Below, in pieces: positions 29,598 through 40,111 of a stretch of 64,000 nucleotides of DNA. The notes beneath the pieces are model-generated. The model was given only the letters and a program-made list of their open reading frames with translations. It ran no database searches and was not told where the DNA came from. Made by a program: the position numbers and the translations under genes. Position 1 is the first letter of the stretch. The number at the start of each line of letters is the position of its first letter. Source of the stretch: Bdellovibrionota bacterium (GTDB lineage Bacteria; Bdellovibrionota_C; UBA2361; JBGSMV01); NCBI GenBank assembly GCA_044356455.1, contig JBIKWF010000001.1, positions 1 to 64,000 on the forward strand, in the 5' to 3' direction.

Positions 29598-29630
29598 AAA
29601 CAAACAGAGAGGCGAGCGCACAGTTCCCGC

Positions 29631-30809
29631 TTACTCACGTCTTACTGCCGCTGATTTTTCAATAGTTACTTGCTTGAGGAGTTGCTCAAGTTCAGCATCG
29701 CCCGGCGCCTTCTTGAGGGCGGCAAGAACCATTTTTTCTGCGATTTCTGGTTTGCGAGTAGCGAGGAGACTTTTTACTCGAAGAGGCAGTATTACCCTCG
29801 CTTCTCCCGAAGCTGCCGGGGCTTTGTCATAGAGGGCCGCGCTTAATCGATCGGCCTCTGAAATACGAGCGCCATCGAGCAAAGGGTCGGGATTCGTCAG
29901 CAGCACGCGCACAAGCTGCATGTTGGCTTCGCGTCCTTGGTCGGTGCCGCCCTCAAGCGCAGCAGCCTCTCGGGCAGCTTTGAGTGCGGCCGGAATATTT
30001 CCGCGCGCGAGCTCAAGCTTGGAAAGGGCGATTCGCGTGTAGGCAGTTGCCGCGGGGGCGTTGATAGCAGCATTTAAACTTTCAGCTGCTTTGGGTGTAT
30101 TCCCAAGCTGAGAATAGCCCACGGCTTGGGCGTAGAGCACCTCTGACTCGGGGAAAAAGCGTGCCTTCCCGAACCACTGAGATTCCTTTATCGCGTCCAG
30201 TCCCTCGAGAGACTTTTTTAGGCGAAGCTGCGCTAGCCCTTTCAGGAACACGGTATCGGGGTCACTCGCTCTTAGGCGCTGAGCCTGAGTCAAACTTTGT
30301 AGTGCGGACGGAGCATCCTCAAGGGCAAGCTGAAGTAGTCCCTTGAGAAAATAGTAACGCTGGGGTGCGGGACCTTTAAGCGCCGCATTTTCAATTTGGG
30401 AGAGCGTGCCGAGGGCTTGAGAGATTTGCTCAGGGGAAAGAGCTCCTGACTCAGACTGTTTGATAATGCTCGCAACTTCAGGTTGCAGCGTCTGCGGGAA
30501 TTCGGAAACTGCCAATTTCCCCAAAAGCTGAGAGGGCGGCATAAGAGGGAGTTCAATCAAGGAGCTCGCTCTGGGCGTCGAAGCGCTAGGAGGCCGGGTT
30601 GTAGCGGGACTCTCCTCCGCCGCCACTTGGGATACCAGCACTCCCGTGAGGAGGGTCAAGCTCCCTAGGATACAGGGTAAGTTATTGCATCTGAAATATC
30701 TGAAGCAATGGCCCGAGGGCCGAGCTTTTTTGAACGGAACTTTGCACATCATGGGTATTTCTCTATCGACCTGCTGGCCAGGTTTGCCAGTGCCAAGCAG
30801 AAGCTTCAA
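29631..30809 (-). CDS. Exported tetratricopeptide-repeat protein
   Basis: Hydrophobic signal-like segment, TPR-like YFLKGLLQL, FLKGLAQL, YAQAVGY; true start probably downstream of the track start. Confidence 0.7.
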   Translation of the reverse strand: MKLLLGTGKPGQQVDREIPMMCKVPFKKARPSGHCFRYFRCNNLPCILGSLTLLTGVLVSQVAAEESPATTRPPSASTPRASSLIELPLMPPSQLLGKLAVSEFPQTLQPEVASIIKQSESGALSPEQISQALGTLSQIENAALKGPAPQRYYFLKGLLQLALEDAPSALQSLTQAQRLRASDPDTVFLKGLAQLRLKKSLEGLDAIKESQWFGKARFFPESEVLYAQAVGYSQLGNTPKAAESLNAAINAPAATAYTRIALSKLELARGNIPAALKAAREAAALEGGTDQGREANMQLVRVLLTNPDPLLDGARISEADRLSAALYDKAPAASGEARVILPLRVKSLLATRKPEIAEKMVLAALKKAPGDAELEQLLKQVTIEKSAAVRRE

Positions 30810-31084
30810 GCAGTGGCTTCAGGGCAATTCGGTTAAGGCCATGGTTTCGGTTGCTATAATCCCCTCCAAAATTGAACAGCGCAAGGCGGAATGGCATGCC
30901 GCGATAGGGCTAACTAGTTGACCCCACCCGTCATTTTCCCTGGTGCTCAGTTCTGTGCATTGCGGTACGAATCCTGAACACCGCCTCTGGTAGGCAGTGC
31001 ATCCTATAGAATGAAACTCGTATTGTTTCGGTAGGCCCGGCGGGGTGTGTTCCTGGCCTTAGGTGAAAGGTTTTAACCTGTGAG

Positions 31085-32569
31085 GTGTGTCTCGTGACCG
31101 ATTCTTCTTCTTCAAGGCCGACCTCTGAGGAGGCTACTCGTGAATTCGATACTCGCCGAAAAGTACTCGTCGTTGATGATGAGGCCGGCATACGTGACTC
31201 CCTTCGGCTTCTGCTCAAAGGGGAATTTGAAGTAATCACGGCTGAAGATGGAAGGAGCGCCCTCGAAGTGCTTGAGACCTTCGCGCCTGATCTGGTGCTC
31301 CTCGATGTCTTAATGCCCAATCTTGATGGGCTTCAAACTCTCCAGCAACTTCGAGAAAAAAGCGAGTCGCTGCCTGTTATCATGCTCACGGCTACGAACA
31401 CTGTCCGCACTGCCGTGCAGGCCATGAAACTTGGGGCCGTCGATTATTTGAATAAGCCGTTCGATGTCGAAGAGCTCACCGCCACGATTGTAAAGGCGCT
31501 TGATGCCAAGGGCCTTTCAGGGGAAGTAAGCTCACCCCAGCAAGAGCGCAGGGTAGTAGAGGCTGATTTTGGGGACATGGTGGGAAGAAGTCCCCTCATG
31601 CAGGAGCTTTTCAAGAAGGTGGGGCAAGTAGCCGAACGTGACGCTACGGTTCTTATCACCGGAGAGTCGGGGACCGGTAAGGAACTCGTGGCGCGGCGTA
31701 TTCATGAGCTTAGTCCGCGTAAGAACGGTCCCTTTGTGGCCATTAACTGCGCTGCTATTCCTGAGAGCCTGATTGAGTCTGAATTATTTGGACATGAAAA
31801 GGGCGCCTTTACTCATGCTATAGAGAGACGTCTCGGTCACTTTGAGTTAGCGAATGGCGGCACGCTTTTTCTCGATGAAATCGGGGAACTAAGCCTTCCT
31901 GTGCAAGTAAAGATGCTGCGTTTTCTGCAGGAGCATGAATTTTACCGCGTAGGACGTTCTAAGCCAATTCATGTAAACGTGCGTGTCATCACCGCGACCA
32001 ATAAGAATCTCGAGGAGCTTGTGGCTGCAGGTACCTTTCGGCAGGATCTTTACTACCGAATTAACGTGATCAACCTCGCGATTCCGCCTCTTAGGGATCG
32101 CTTCGAAGATATCACGCCCCTGTGTCAGCATTTTGTAAAAGTGCTCAAACCAGTCTATGGGGAGCGTGAGCTTACTTTTGCTTTAGATGCTCAGCAGGCG
32201 CTGATTGCTTACGCCTGGCCGGGTAATGTGCGTGAATTAGAGAATATCGTTGAAAGCTTAATGGCGCTTTCTCCCAAGGACGAAATTACCGAGGACGACT
32301 TGCCCCGCAAGGTGCTTGCACGCGAGCTTAGGCAGCCTCCGCGCCAGCTCCTCACGGATCCGACGATGAGCTTTGAAGATGCCGAGCGCTTGTTTGAGTC
32401 AGAGATGATTCTCAAGGCTCTGAAGAAGACCAATTACGTTCAAACGCGGGCAGCTGAACTTTTAGGGATCAGCCGGCGTATTCTTAAATATAAGATGGAT
32501 AAGCTTGGGATTACCCAGCGCTGCGCTTCTGAGCTTGCGGCGTCTGAGCAGGGGAAAGACCTAAACTAG
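31085..32569 (+). CDS. Sigma-54-dependent response regulator (NtrC/AtoC family)
   Basis: Receiver VLVVDDE/LLDVLMP, GESGTGKE, ELFGHEKGAFT, WPGNVREL, Fis-type HTH. Confidence 0.93.
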   Translation: MCLVTDSSSSRPTSEEATREFDTRRKVLVVDDEAGIRDSLRLLLKGEFEVITAEDGRSALEVLETFAPDLVLLDVLMPNLDGLQTLQQLREKSESLPVIMLTATNTVRTAVQAMKLGAVDYLNKPFDVEELTATIVKALDAKGLSGEVSSPQQERRVVEADFGDMVGRSPLMQELFKKVGQVAERDATVLITGESGTGKELVARRIHELSPRKNGPFVAINCAAIPESLIESELFGHEKGAFTHAIERRLGHFELANGGTLFLDEIGELSLPVQVKMLRFLQEHEFYRVGRSKPIHVNVRVITATNKNLEELVAAGTFRQDLYYRINVINLAIPPLRDRFEDITPLCQHFVKVLKPVYGERELTFALDAQQALIAYAWPGNVRELENIVESLMALSPKDEITEDDLPRKVLARELRQPPRQLLTDPTMSFEDAERLFESEMILKALKKTNYVQTRAAELLGISRRILKYKMDKLGITQRCASELAASEQGKDLN

Positions 32570-32592
32570 GCTAAGGCATTTTTGATTCTTAG

Positions 32593-34398
32593 TCATGTGC
32601 GCAGGAGCTGAAGCGCAAGGGCAGGCTGGGTATTGGCTTGCGCCATGACCGAGGCCGCAACTTGTTTTACAATTTGACTTTTTACGAGTTCCCCCGATTC
32701 AAGAGCGACGTCGGCATCGGTTATGCGGCCTTGTGCGGCTTCCATGGTGTCGCGCTGCTCTCGTACTACGGCAAGAGAAGTTTGCAGCCTCGACATTCCG
32801 CTCCCGAGAGCGCCTCTGGCCTGGGAAAGGCGCTGCAGGAGGTTATCGATACTCGTGAGGGAGTTTCTGGCGTCTGCTTGTGTCGTGAGGGTCAGAAAAC
32901 TTGTTTCAGTGGATGAAACTGTCCCCTGCAGGTAGAGACTCCCGAAGAGCCCTAATAGAACATCACTCGCCCCATCGCCATTAAAGTCCCCCACGGTTAA
33001 GAAACCGATTCCGCCTCCGCTAAAGGTGCTTGAGAGTTGGAAGCCGTTACTCCCATTTCCTAGGAAGAGGGAGAGTCCAGACTCACTTCCGTTGTTATCA
33101 TCATAGAGCAAATCGATAAGTCCGTCCCCATTCATGTCGGCGGCAGCACGCACGGTCATTCCCGATGCGCCGTTTGGTGTTACCTTGCTCCCAAATGAGC
33201 CATCGCTGTTTTGGAGGTACGTTCCGTCGTCAACAGCTATGTCCATGAGCCCGTCGCGGTTAAGGTCTGCAACGAAGGCTGTAGAAGAACCGACAAGAGT
33301 GGCGGTCTGCGTGTAGCTTTGGTTGCCTGTGGCCTGGAGTACTCTGAGGTTCCCTGAGTCCGAAAGTAAGATATCCTTACGACCGTCGCCATTGATATCC
33401 GCGAGTGAGAAGGAGGCATTCGTAATACCTGTTGAATAAGTTCCCGCTACAGAGAGTGTCCCACTTGATGAGGCCGTAATGGCGCGAATCACACCGGTGC
33501 TCACGTCCATGGTGAAGAGATCGTTTTTGCCGTCTCCGTTAAAATCACCTACTTGCGCCCCGCTCGTACCTGAGACCGCGAGAGTCCTGATGCTGCCAAA
33601 CAAACCGGTTCCATCGCCAACCCGCAGCCTTATCGTGCCACTTTCGGTCGTTGCGATGTCTGGAATTCCATCTCCCGTAAAATCTGCAACTGCAAGAGCT
33701 GCAGTGGTCCCTCCCATGGCGTAGCTTGCGCTTCCAGTGAAGCCACCGTTTCCATCTCCAAGGCGAATAAGAACCAAGCCGCTGCCGTCGACTGTCGCAA
33801 CGTCGAGCTTCCCGTCTCCGTTTAGATCTGAAGACTGAATGTCGTTCCCGGCGAATCCAATATTTGATGACTCACCAAAGGTGCCAAGTCCTCTGCGCCC
33901 GGCGAGCTGCTGGGAAGTCTGCACCGACACTCCGCCGCTAATTCCAAACCCCGCTTGGATGCGCAGAGCGTTTGATGCGCCGCTCAGCAAGGAGATCCCG
34001 TTAAAGCTTGTGGTGCTCAAAGTGCGGTTGAATTCCTTGGTAAGTTCGTCTGCCTCCTTCTGGAGCGCAAGGCGCTGGGTTCTCGAGAAGGTTCCATTTG
34101 CCGCCTGCTCGGCGAGTTCTTTAAGACGCGTAGTGACAGAAGAGAGCTCACCAAGGGCGCTGTCGGCGATAGAGAGTGCGCTTACGCCATCAGATATGTT
34201 TCGAACACCTTGAGAGTAAACTCTTGCTCGGGCGGAAAGAGAACTTGCGACGGCAAGCCCGGCGGCGTCGTCTGAGGCGCGTACAATTCGGCTGCCCGAG
34301 GCGAGGCGCTCGAGCGCCGTAGACTCGGCCCCTTGCGCGCTGCTCAGGCGACGCTGCGCACGAAGGGAGCCAATATTTGAGCCGAGTGAAATTGCCAT
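32593..34398 (-). CDS. Flagellin with central FG-GAP/VCBS repeat domain
   Basis: Flagellin N (RLASGSRIVRASDDAAGLA) and C (RITDADVA...AQANTQPALALQLL) domains around seven D-x-(N/T)-x-DG-x-x-D repeats. Confidence 0.9.
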   Translation of the reverse strand: MAISLGSNIGSLRAQRRLSSAQGAESTALERLASGSRIVRASDDAAGLAVASSLSARARVYSQGVRNISDGVSALSIADSALGELSSVTTRLKELAEQAANGTFSRTQRLALQKEADELTKEFNRTLSTTSFNGISLLSGASNALRIQAGFGISGGVSVQTSQQLAGRRGLGTFGESSNIGFAGNDIQSSDLNGDGKLDVATVDGSGLVLIRLGDGNGGFTGSASYAMGGTTAALAVADFTGDGIPDIATTESGTIRLRVGDGTGLFGSIRTLAVSGTSGAQVGDFNGDGKNDLFTMDVSTGVIRAITASSSGTLSVAGTYSTGITNASFSLADINGDGRKDILLSDSGNLRVLQATGNQSYTQTATLVGSSTAFVADLNRDGLMDIAVDDGTYLQNSDGSFGSKVTPNGASGMTVRAAADMNGDGLIDLLYDDNNGSESGLSLFLGNGSNGFQLSSTFSGGGIGFLTVGDFNGDGASDVLLGLFGSLYLQGTVSSTETSFLTLTTQADARNSLTSIDNLLQRLSQARGALGSGMSRLQTSLAVVREQRDTMEAAQGRITDADVALESGELVKSQIVKQVAASVMAQANTQPALALQLLRT

Positions 34399-34439
34399 GT
34401 TCTACAAGTGGCTAAAAAACTTAATACTGTGCGTCTATA

Positions 34440-34466
34440 AAATCGTCTTTTTTTAAAAAGATCTGG
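34440..34466 (-). promoter_or_regulatory. Possible sigma-28-like promoter of the flagellin gene
   Basis: CCAG-N15-GACGATTT on minus strand versus consensus TAAA-N15-GCCGATAA; weak match, correct position. Confidence 0.25.
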
Positions 34467-34618
34467 AGCACTTTGTGGTCATAACTATTTGAGCTTATTG
34501 GTGTGATTTATACCTCGAGTAAAGGGGGGCAAGCATAGGTGTTCGGTGGTGGGACGCGCTGAGGTTTCCCGCTAAGGATTTGTAGTTACTCAAGGAGAGG
34601 GGATATTGTTGCCCGCCT

Positions 34619-35575
34619 ATGGATGAGCAGGAGTTTCTCAAACACATATTCTCGCCCGGACCTACAAGCTCAGAGATTCTTGTAGGGCGAGGAGACGATG
34701 CCGCGGTGGTCCGTTTCGGGGAGAAGGCGCTGGTGCTTACCACCGATTCCTTCATCGAAGGGCGACATTTTGATAGAAGCTATTTTTCTCCTGATGAAAT
34801 TGGCGCCAAGGCAGTAGAAGGATCGGTCTCAGATGTGATTGCGATGGGAGGGCGTCCCCGCTTTATTCTTTGGTCTCTTGTTTTTGGTAACGAAGAGGTG
34901 ACCAGGGAGTTGGACTTTTACCGAGTGCTGGCGCGAGGCGTTGAGCAGGCGTGTCAGAGGCTGGGCTGCCAGCTTGTGGGCGGCAATCTTGCCAAAGGGA
35001 AGGGAACTCTTGAACTTACTATGAGCGTTATAGGAGAACTGCCTCCTTCGCGTCCTGCGCGCTGCAGGTCGGGGGCTGTGCCAGGGGAAGTACTTTGCGT
35101 GACGGGCCATCTAGGAGCATCCGCCGCTGGGCTTCTTGCTCTAAGGAACAACTGGGAAGGCTATGAAGAGGTAAAGCGTGCGCACAAGAAGCCGCGCTGT
35201 AGGCTCGACCTCGTTGATAAAATTGGCGCGCACGCTTCAAGCATGATCGATATTTCTGATGGACTCTCAAGTGAGCTGTATTACTTAAGCTCCGCAAGTC
35301 ACGTGAAGCTTGAAGTTCTAGAATCGCGCATACCCGTGCATCCTCAAGTCATTCGTTTGGGTAGCGAGCGCGGGATTGACCCTCTTTCATTCGTATATGG
35401 AGGCGGTGAGGAGTACGAACTGCTTTTCACTTTGCCAGAGGAAAAGGCAAGGCTTGTGCCTGCAACCATAATTGGCCGGGTGCATGAGGGGGAGGGAGTC
35501 TTTGTAACCTCCGTATCGGGGGACTCGCGATTGCTCGCACGTGCTGGTTTTGATCACGTGAGCACTACTTCTTAA
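34619..35575 (+). CDS. thiL: Thiamine-phosphate kinase
   Basis: GDDAAV, TTDSFIEGRHF, SDVIAMGG, MIDISDGL, GGEEYELLFT, GFDH. Confidence 0.92.
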   Translation: MDEQEFLKHIFSPGPTSSEILVGRGDDAAVVRFGEKALVLTTDSFIEGRHFDRSYFSPDEIGAKAVEGSVSDVIAMGGRPRFILWSLVFGNEEVTRELDFYRVLARGVEQACQRLGCQLVGGNLAKGKGTLELTMSVIGELPPSRPARCRSGAVPGEVLCVTGHLGASAAGLLALRNNWEGYEEVKRAHKKPRCRLDLVDKIGAHASSMIDISDGLSSELYYLSSASHVKLEVLESRIPVHPQVIRLGSERGIDPLSFVYGGGEEYELLFTLPEEKARLVPATIIGRVHEGEGVFVTSVSGDSRLLARAGFDHVSTTS

Positions 35576-35861
35576 AGAGATCGTCGAGCTTACTCTTTCT
35601 ATCAAGCTTAGAGGGCCCAGAAGGCGTTTTCCCCTGGCCCTCGCGGAAGGAAAAATAATCACAGTAATTGCTTCTGTCTTTGTCGAGCACGCGGTCCGCT
35701 TGGGGCTCCCTACAAAGGTTGTAGGCGGATGTATCGTAGTGCTTGCAATTGAGGCACACGTGTAGGTCGGCATCGCAGGAACTGCACGAATCCCTGCGCC
35801 CCACTTGTGAGGCATCAGATAATTCTTGTTTTGTTTGGCATTTGAAGCAGTGGTAGCTCAC
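35565..35861 (-). CDS. Small Cys-rich putative zinc-binding protein
   Basis: CFKC...CSSC...HVCLNCKHYD...CREPQAD...NYCDYF...DDLFKK; GTG 35861 likely start; convergent overlap with thiL. Confidence 0.75.
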   Translation of the reverse strand: MSYHCFKCQTKQELSDASQVGRRDSCSSCDADLHVCLNCKHYDTSAYNLCREPQADRVLDKDRSNYCDYFSFREGQGKTPSGPSKLDRKSKLDDLFKK

Positions 35862-35960
35862 AAGATGGAAGTATAGGGCGCTCAGCTTCCTCAGATCTAG
35901 GGCCGGGGGCGATAGGCGCCTGCGCAAACGCTGTTTTGTTCGCTGTAGCTTGGTCTGACA

Positions 35961-36092
35961 CTGAGGAATGCTCTACCCCCGATTCTTTATGCACCTCTGT
36001 GTCCCTCCGTGTCCTCTGTGGTGAAATTTTCATGAAATTCACTACAGAGGGCGCAGAGCCACACAGAGGTGAGTTTTTCAGAGATTCCGTAG
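35961..36092. mobile_element. MITE-like element type B with degraded left end
   Basis: CACCTCTGTG...CTCTGTGGTGAA / TTCACTACAGAG...CACAGAGGTG arms, right end TTTTTCAGAGATTCC-GTAG followed by another GGAACCT. Confidence 0.75.
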
Positions 36093-36189
36093 GGAACCTA
36101 TGTAACGTACTTCCCTTTAAAGAGTTTCCGTTACAGTCTCTAAATTGCTTTCATCTTAGGGCAATTCTTCCGATACGTTAGGGGAGTGC

Positions 36190-37569
36190 GTGGACAATCA
36201 GGCAAGGAATATGAGCGTGGCCGAAGAGCCTAAAAATTCTGACAGTGAGCCTTTACAGCCCTTGACCTTGGGCGGAGTTTCGCTGAGTGCGGCCGGTTTG
36301 TCGGCCCCTAGGGCAGCATTGTCTCTTCTCGAGCGCATCTGCTGGCTTGGAAGAGTCTTCATTTCATCAGCGTCGCGTTTCTATTGGGACGATGGTTTTA
36401 GCCGAGCCGCGTCTCTTGCCTATACTTCACTGCTGTCGCTCGTGCCGCTCACGGTAGTGGCGTTTGGGCTTCTGGCTTCCTTTGCAACTTCAACGGAATA
36501 TATTGGCCGGGCCCGGGAATTTATCTTTAAGCAGTTTGTTCCCGACAACCAATTTGTGAGCGATGTTCTTGCCTATATAGAGAATTTTAGCGCTGCCGCA
36601 TCTCAATTCAATGTAACTTTTGTCCTCTTTCTCGTGGTCACGGCTTTGCTCCTGGTAAACTCGATTGAGTACGCGCTGAATGCAACCTGGCAGGTCTTCG
36701 AGCCGCGCCCTTGGTCCCAGCGTCTTGCGGTGTTTAGTGCGATTTTGCTGGTGGCGCCGCCACTCGTGCTGAGCGGCTATTACTTTTACGAAAAATTTGC
36801 TCACTCTGATTTTCTTACCGAGACAGGGGTAATGAGTCTTATCTATCGTGCGGTCCTGCCGTACTTTTTCGATTGGATTGCCTTTCTTGCGCTTTATTTT
36901 CTTGTGCCTAAGGCTCCGGTGCGATTCTGGAATGCCTGCTTTGGTGGGCTCGTTGCAGCGGTGCTCTTTAATTTGGCAAAGGCGGGGTTTGCGATTTATC
37001 TTAGAGATTTCGCCAGCTATAGCACGCTCTACAAGTCCATTGCCGCTGTTCCTGTATCTCTGGTGTGGTTGTACCTGTCCTGGATAATTCTGCTCTTTGG
37101 CGCCGAGGTCAGCTACCAGTCCCAATACCTGCCGCGCGTAGGGAATCTCTTTAAGCAGTCTGTCCTTAGTATCGGCGACGCGCGCATGATGCTTGCCATC
37201 CAGTCGCTGGTGCTGATTGAGAGTGCTTTCTCTCAGGGCAGGGATTTGCCTAGTGATATCGAGCTCGCCGAAAAGCTCGGGTGTTCTACTGTGGTGCTCA
37301 AGCCCACTATCGATTCTTTAGAAAAAGCAGGTATCGTAACGAGGGGAGATTCTCGCGAGATGCCCATTACGCTTCTTAAGAGTGCGGAGCGAATCTCTAT
37401 TGCAGAGGTGCGCGATGCGCTTTTTGGGGCAAGGGTAGCGCTTCATTATCCCGAGGCCATGGCGCGGCTTTTTTCAAGTCTCGCGGGAGGGCAGGGGCTT
37501 GAAAAGATTAGTTTAGCACAGCTTGTCGAAGATGCTCCTCGCGCCGAGCGGCACGAAACCAGTCACTAA
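36190..37569 (+). CDS. YihY/BrkB family membrane protein with C-terminal winged-helix region
   Basis: AASLAYTSLLSLVP, WLYLSWIILLFGAE, then ELAEKLG...LEKAGIV. Confidence 0.85.
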   Translation: MDNQARNMSVAEEPKNSDSEPLQPLTLGGVSLSAAGLSAPRAALSLLERICWLGRVFISSASRFYWDDGFSRAASLAYTSLLSLVPLTVVAFGLLASFATSTEYIGRAREFIFKQFVPDNQFVSDVLAYIENFSAAASQFNVTFVLFLVVTALLLVNSIEYALNATWQVFEPRPWSQRLAVFSAILLVAPPLVLSGYYFYEKFAHSDFLTETGVMSLIYRAVLPYFFDWIAFLALYFLVPKAPVRFWNACFGGLVAAVLFNLAKAGFAIYLRDFASYSTLYKSIAAVPVSLVWLYLSWIILLFGAEVSYQSQYLPRVGNLFKQSVLSIGDARMMLAIQSLVLIESAFSQGRDLPSDIELAEKLGCSTVVLKPTIDSLEKAGIVTRGDSREMPITLLKSAERISIAEVRDALFGARVALHYPEAMARLFSSLAGGQGLEKISLAQLVEDAPRAERHETSH

Positions 37570-37626
37570 AGGTGACGCGCCCGTAAAGGGAGCGTTGAGA
37601 AAGATTTACTTTGTTAAAGAGAACGC

Positions 37627-38859
37627 ATGTCATCAACTGAGGATGTTTCAATTCACCGGCTTAGCAATGGCCTTATCGTCATTGTGGAGGAGATGCCTGA
37701 CTTTGAGTCTGCGGCTTTTGAGCTGCACATTCCAGGCGGGATCGCTTTTGACGAGGAGTCGCGCATAGGAAGTTCGCTCCTTCTTGCAGAGCTTACTACC
37801 AGGGGCGCGGGCGGGCTGTCCTCAGAGGATCTTTCGAACGCCTTTGATAGTCTTGGGATTCGTCACTCAGAGTCTTCAGGACACGAGCGTTTTGTGTACC
37901 GAGCAGCGCTGCTTAAGGATACGTTTTCTGAGGCACTCAGACTTTCCTCTCTCATGGTGCATGCGCCGCTCCTTCCAGAAGACGAAATCGAAAGTATTCG
38001 AAGCATTCTCCTGCAAGACATTGCGGCACTTGCCGATAATCCCTCGCGCCGCGCCATGTTGGAGCTGAGTAATCGCTACTATCCGGCGCCATTTAATAGA
38101 CCGGGCTGTGGGAATGAAGAGGGACTTAAAAATACGACCGTTGCTTCCCTACGAGCTCAGCATAAAGAGTACTTCGCCGCTTCGGGCAGCATCCTGTCAG
38201 TGGCGGGTAATGTGAAGACGGCGCAGGTGCTTTCTGAGGCTGAGAAGAATTTTGGAAAGTGGGAAGGCGAGGCCAAGAAACGCATCCCCTTTGGTAAGAT
38301 TCAACCTTTTGCGCGCCATCACCTGCAAGAGGAAAGTGCGCAGCTTCAAATCGTGCTTTCACATCCCTCCGCGCCCTTTGGGTCGCCGCACTATTACGCC
38401 GCGAAAATTGCCGCCCAGATTCTTTCTGGTGGAATGTTTGGTCGGCTCTTTATCGAAGTAAGAGAGAAGCGAGGCTTGGTCTATAGCGTGTATGCTTCTC
38501 ACTCGTCTGCTAAAGAGTATGGAACCGTGACGGCATACGCAGGGACCACCCCTGAGCGCGCCCACGAAACGCTCGAGGTGATGCTCGAGGTGATGAAGGG
38601 GCTGAGAGGGACTATTACCGAGGTTGAAATAAAACGTGCGAAGGCCAATCTTAAATCTTCCCTCGTGATGGGGCAGGAGGGCACGGGAGCACGCGCCTCT
38701 TCCAATGCTCAGGACTATTGGATTGATGGGCGGGTGCGCACGCTTGATGAAATTGTGAGGGGCATCGATGCCGTAGGGCAAAAGGAGCTCGATGCCTATC
38801 TGAGCGCTTACCCCGTGGAGCCTTTTACCCTCGTCACTCTTGGGGCAAGAAAACTCTAG
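37627..38859 (+). CDS. M16 peptidase-like subunit (no HxxEH)
   Basis: LSNGL, GRLFIEVREKRGLVYSV; zinc motif absent. Confidence 0.85.
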   Translation: MSSTEDVSIHRLSNGLIVIVEEMPDFESAAFELHIPGGIAFDEESRIGSSLLLAELTTRGAGGLSSEDLSNAFDSLGIRHSESSGHERFVYRAALLKDTFSEALRLSSLMVHAPLLPEDEIESIRSILLQDIAALADNPSRRAMLELSNRYYPAPFNRPGCGNEEGLKNTTVASLRAQHKEYFAASGSILSVAGNVKTAQVLSEAEKNFGKWEGEAKKRIPFGKIQPFARHHLQEESAQLQIVLSHPSAPFGSPHYYAAKIAAQILSGGMFGRLFIEVREKRGLVYSVYASHSSAKEYGTVTAYAGTTPERAHETLEVMLEVMKGLRGTITEVEIKRAKANLKSSLVMGQEGTGARASSNAQDYWIDGRVRTLDEIVRGIDAVGQKELDAYLSAYPVEPFTLVTLGARKL

Positions 38860-38893
38860 TCTGCTGGTCAACGATTCAAAGAATAAAGTACTT

Positions 38894-40111
38894 ATGGAAT
38901 CACCCTTTCTCTTTCATACGCTCTCGAATGGCTTGCAGGTTATTGGACAACCTACCAAGACTCGTAAAAGTGCGGCCGTAGGATTTTTTGTGAAGACCGG
39001 GTCGCGTGACGAGGTCGCTGCCGAGTCCGGAGTCTCACATTTTCTTGAGCACATGCTCTTCAAGGGCACTCCCAAGCGCTCTGCGCTCGAGCTGACTTTC
39101 GAAATGGGCAACATTGGCGCGCAAGCGAATGCCTTCACCTCCGAAGAAAACACGGTGTACTACGGGGCTGTGCTGCCTGAATATGTGAGCTCTCTGCAGG
39201 AAATTCTCTCTGATATGATGAGGCCAGCCCTGCGCCAGGAAGATTTTGATACCGAGAAGCAGGTAATTCTAGAAGAGATTGCGCTCTACCAGGATAGACC
39301 GCACTTTTTCCTCTTTGAAAATGCGAGTAGGGACTTCTTTGGTGCTCATCCGGCGGGAAATTCGGTTTTGGGGAGCCCCGAATCCATAAAAGCGCTGACC
39401 TCAGAAACGATGCGCGATTATTTTAATCGTCGCTACTCCCCCGGGAATGTTGCCCTCGTGGCAGCCGGAAACTTTGACTGGAAGGCGCTCATCTCTGATG
39501 CAGAAAAGTACTGCGGGGCTTGGACGCCGATGAGCACGCCGCGCAGCACTCCGCGCCATGTCGCCCGGGTGATGCGTAAAGAATACCGCAAGAAGAAACT
39601 ACATCAAACGCATGTTCTTTTCATGACTGATGGGGCTTCTGCTCAAGATCCCGAGAGGTTCTCGCTAGGGCTGCTTGCGACGATGCTTGGGGACTCCTCA
39701 GGCTCGAAAATGTATTGGGCGCTTATTGATTCAGGTCTCGCAGATGGAGCAGGGGCTGATACCGAGGAGCGAGATGGTACCGGTGCGTTCTCGGCCTACG
39801 CAAGCACCGAGCCTGTTAAGGTCGACAAGGTCGCAGCCCTGGTTCAAGAGATTCTTGCGGCCCCGCTTGATTTTTCAAGCGAAGATTTAGAGCGTGCGCG
39901 AACGAAGGTGATTACGCGTATGGTTCAGAGCAATGAGCTCCCCATGGGGCAGCTTATGGCCTTAGGTCTCGAATGGAACGCTCGGCGCGAGGTTGAGACG
40001 CTTCAGGAAACCATTGCGCAGTATAAGAAAGTTACGCGGTCGTCTATTGAAGCTGCGCTTGAGAAATTCCCGCTTTCGACCTGGAGTGAGTTTCGGCTTT
40101 TGCCGGAGTGA
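38894..40111 (+). CDS. M16 zinc peptidase, catalytic subunit
   Basis: GSRDE...GVSHFLEHMLFKG, NAFTSEE, EKQVILEE. Confidence 0.9.
   Translation: MESPFLFHTLSNGLQVIGQPTKTRKSAAVGFFVKTGSRDEVAAESGVSHFLEHMLFKGTPKRSALELTFEMGNIGAQANAFTSEENTVYYGAVLPEYVSSLQEILSDMMRPALRQEDFDTEKQVILEEIALYQDRPHFFLFENASRDFFGAHPAGNSVLGSPESIKALTSETMRDYFNRRYSPGNVALVAAGNFDWKALISDAEKYCGAWTPMSTPRSTPRHVARVMRKEYRKKKLHQTHVLFMTDGASAQDPERFSLGLLATMLGDSSGSKMYWALIDSGLADGAGADTEERDGTGAFSAYASTEPVKVDKVAALVQEILAAPLDFSSEDLERARTKVITRMVQSNELPMGQLMALGLEWNARREVETLQETIAQYKKVTRSSIEAALEKFPLSTWSEFRLLPE

Noticed and set aside
30892..30910. Sigma-54 promoter at TGGCATG
   Set aside because: No TTGC -12 element at the required spacing
30930..31084. Possible 6S RNA or riboswitch upstream of the NtrC-type gene
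   Set aside because: Only weak partial complementarity and no convincing family motif; needs an Rfam scan
37627..38859. M16 gene lacking HxxEH as a pseudogene
   Set aside because: ORF is intact, and a non-catalytic plus catalytic pair is the known arrangement of heterodimeric M16B peptidases
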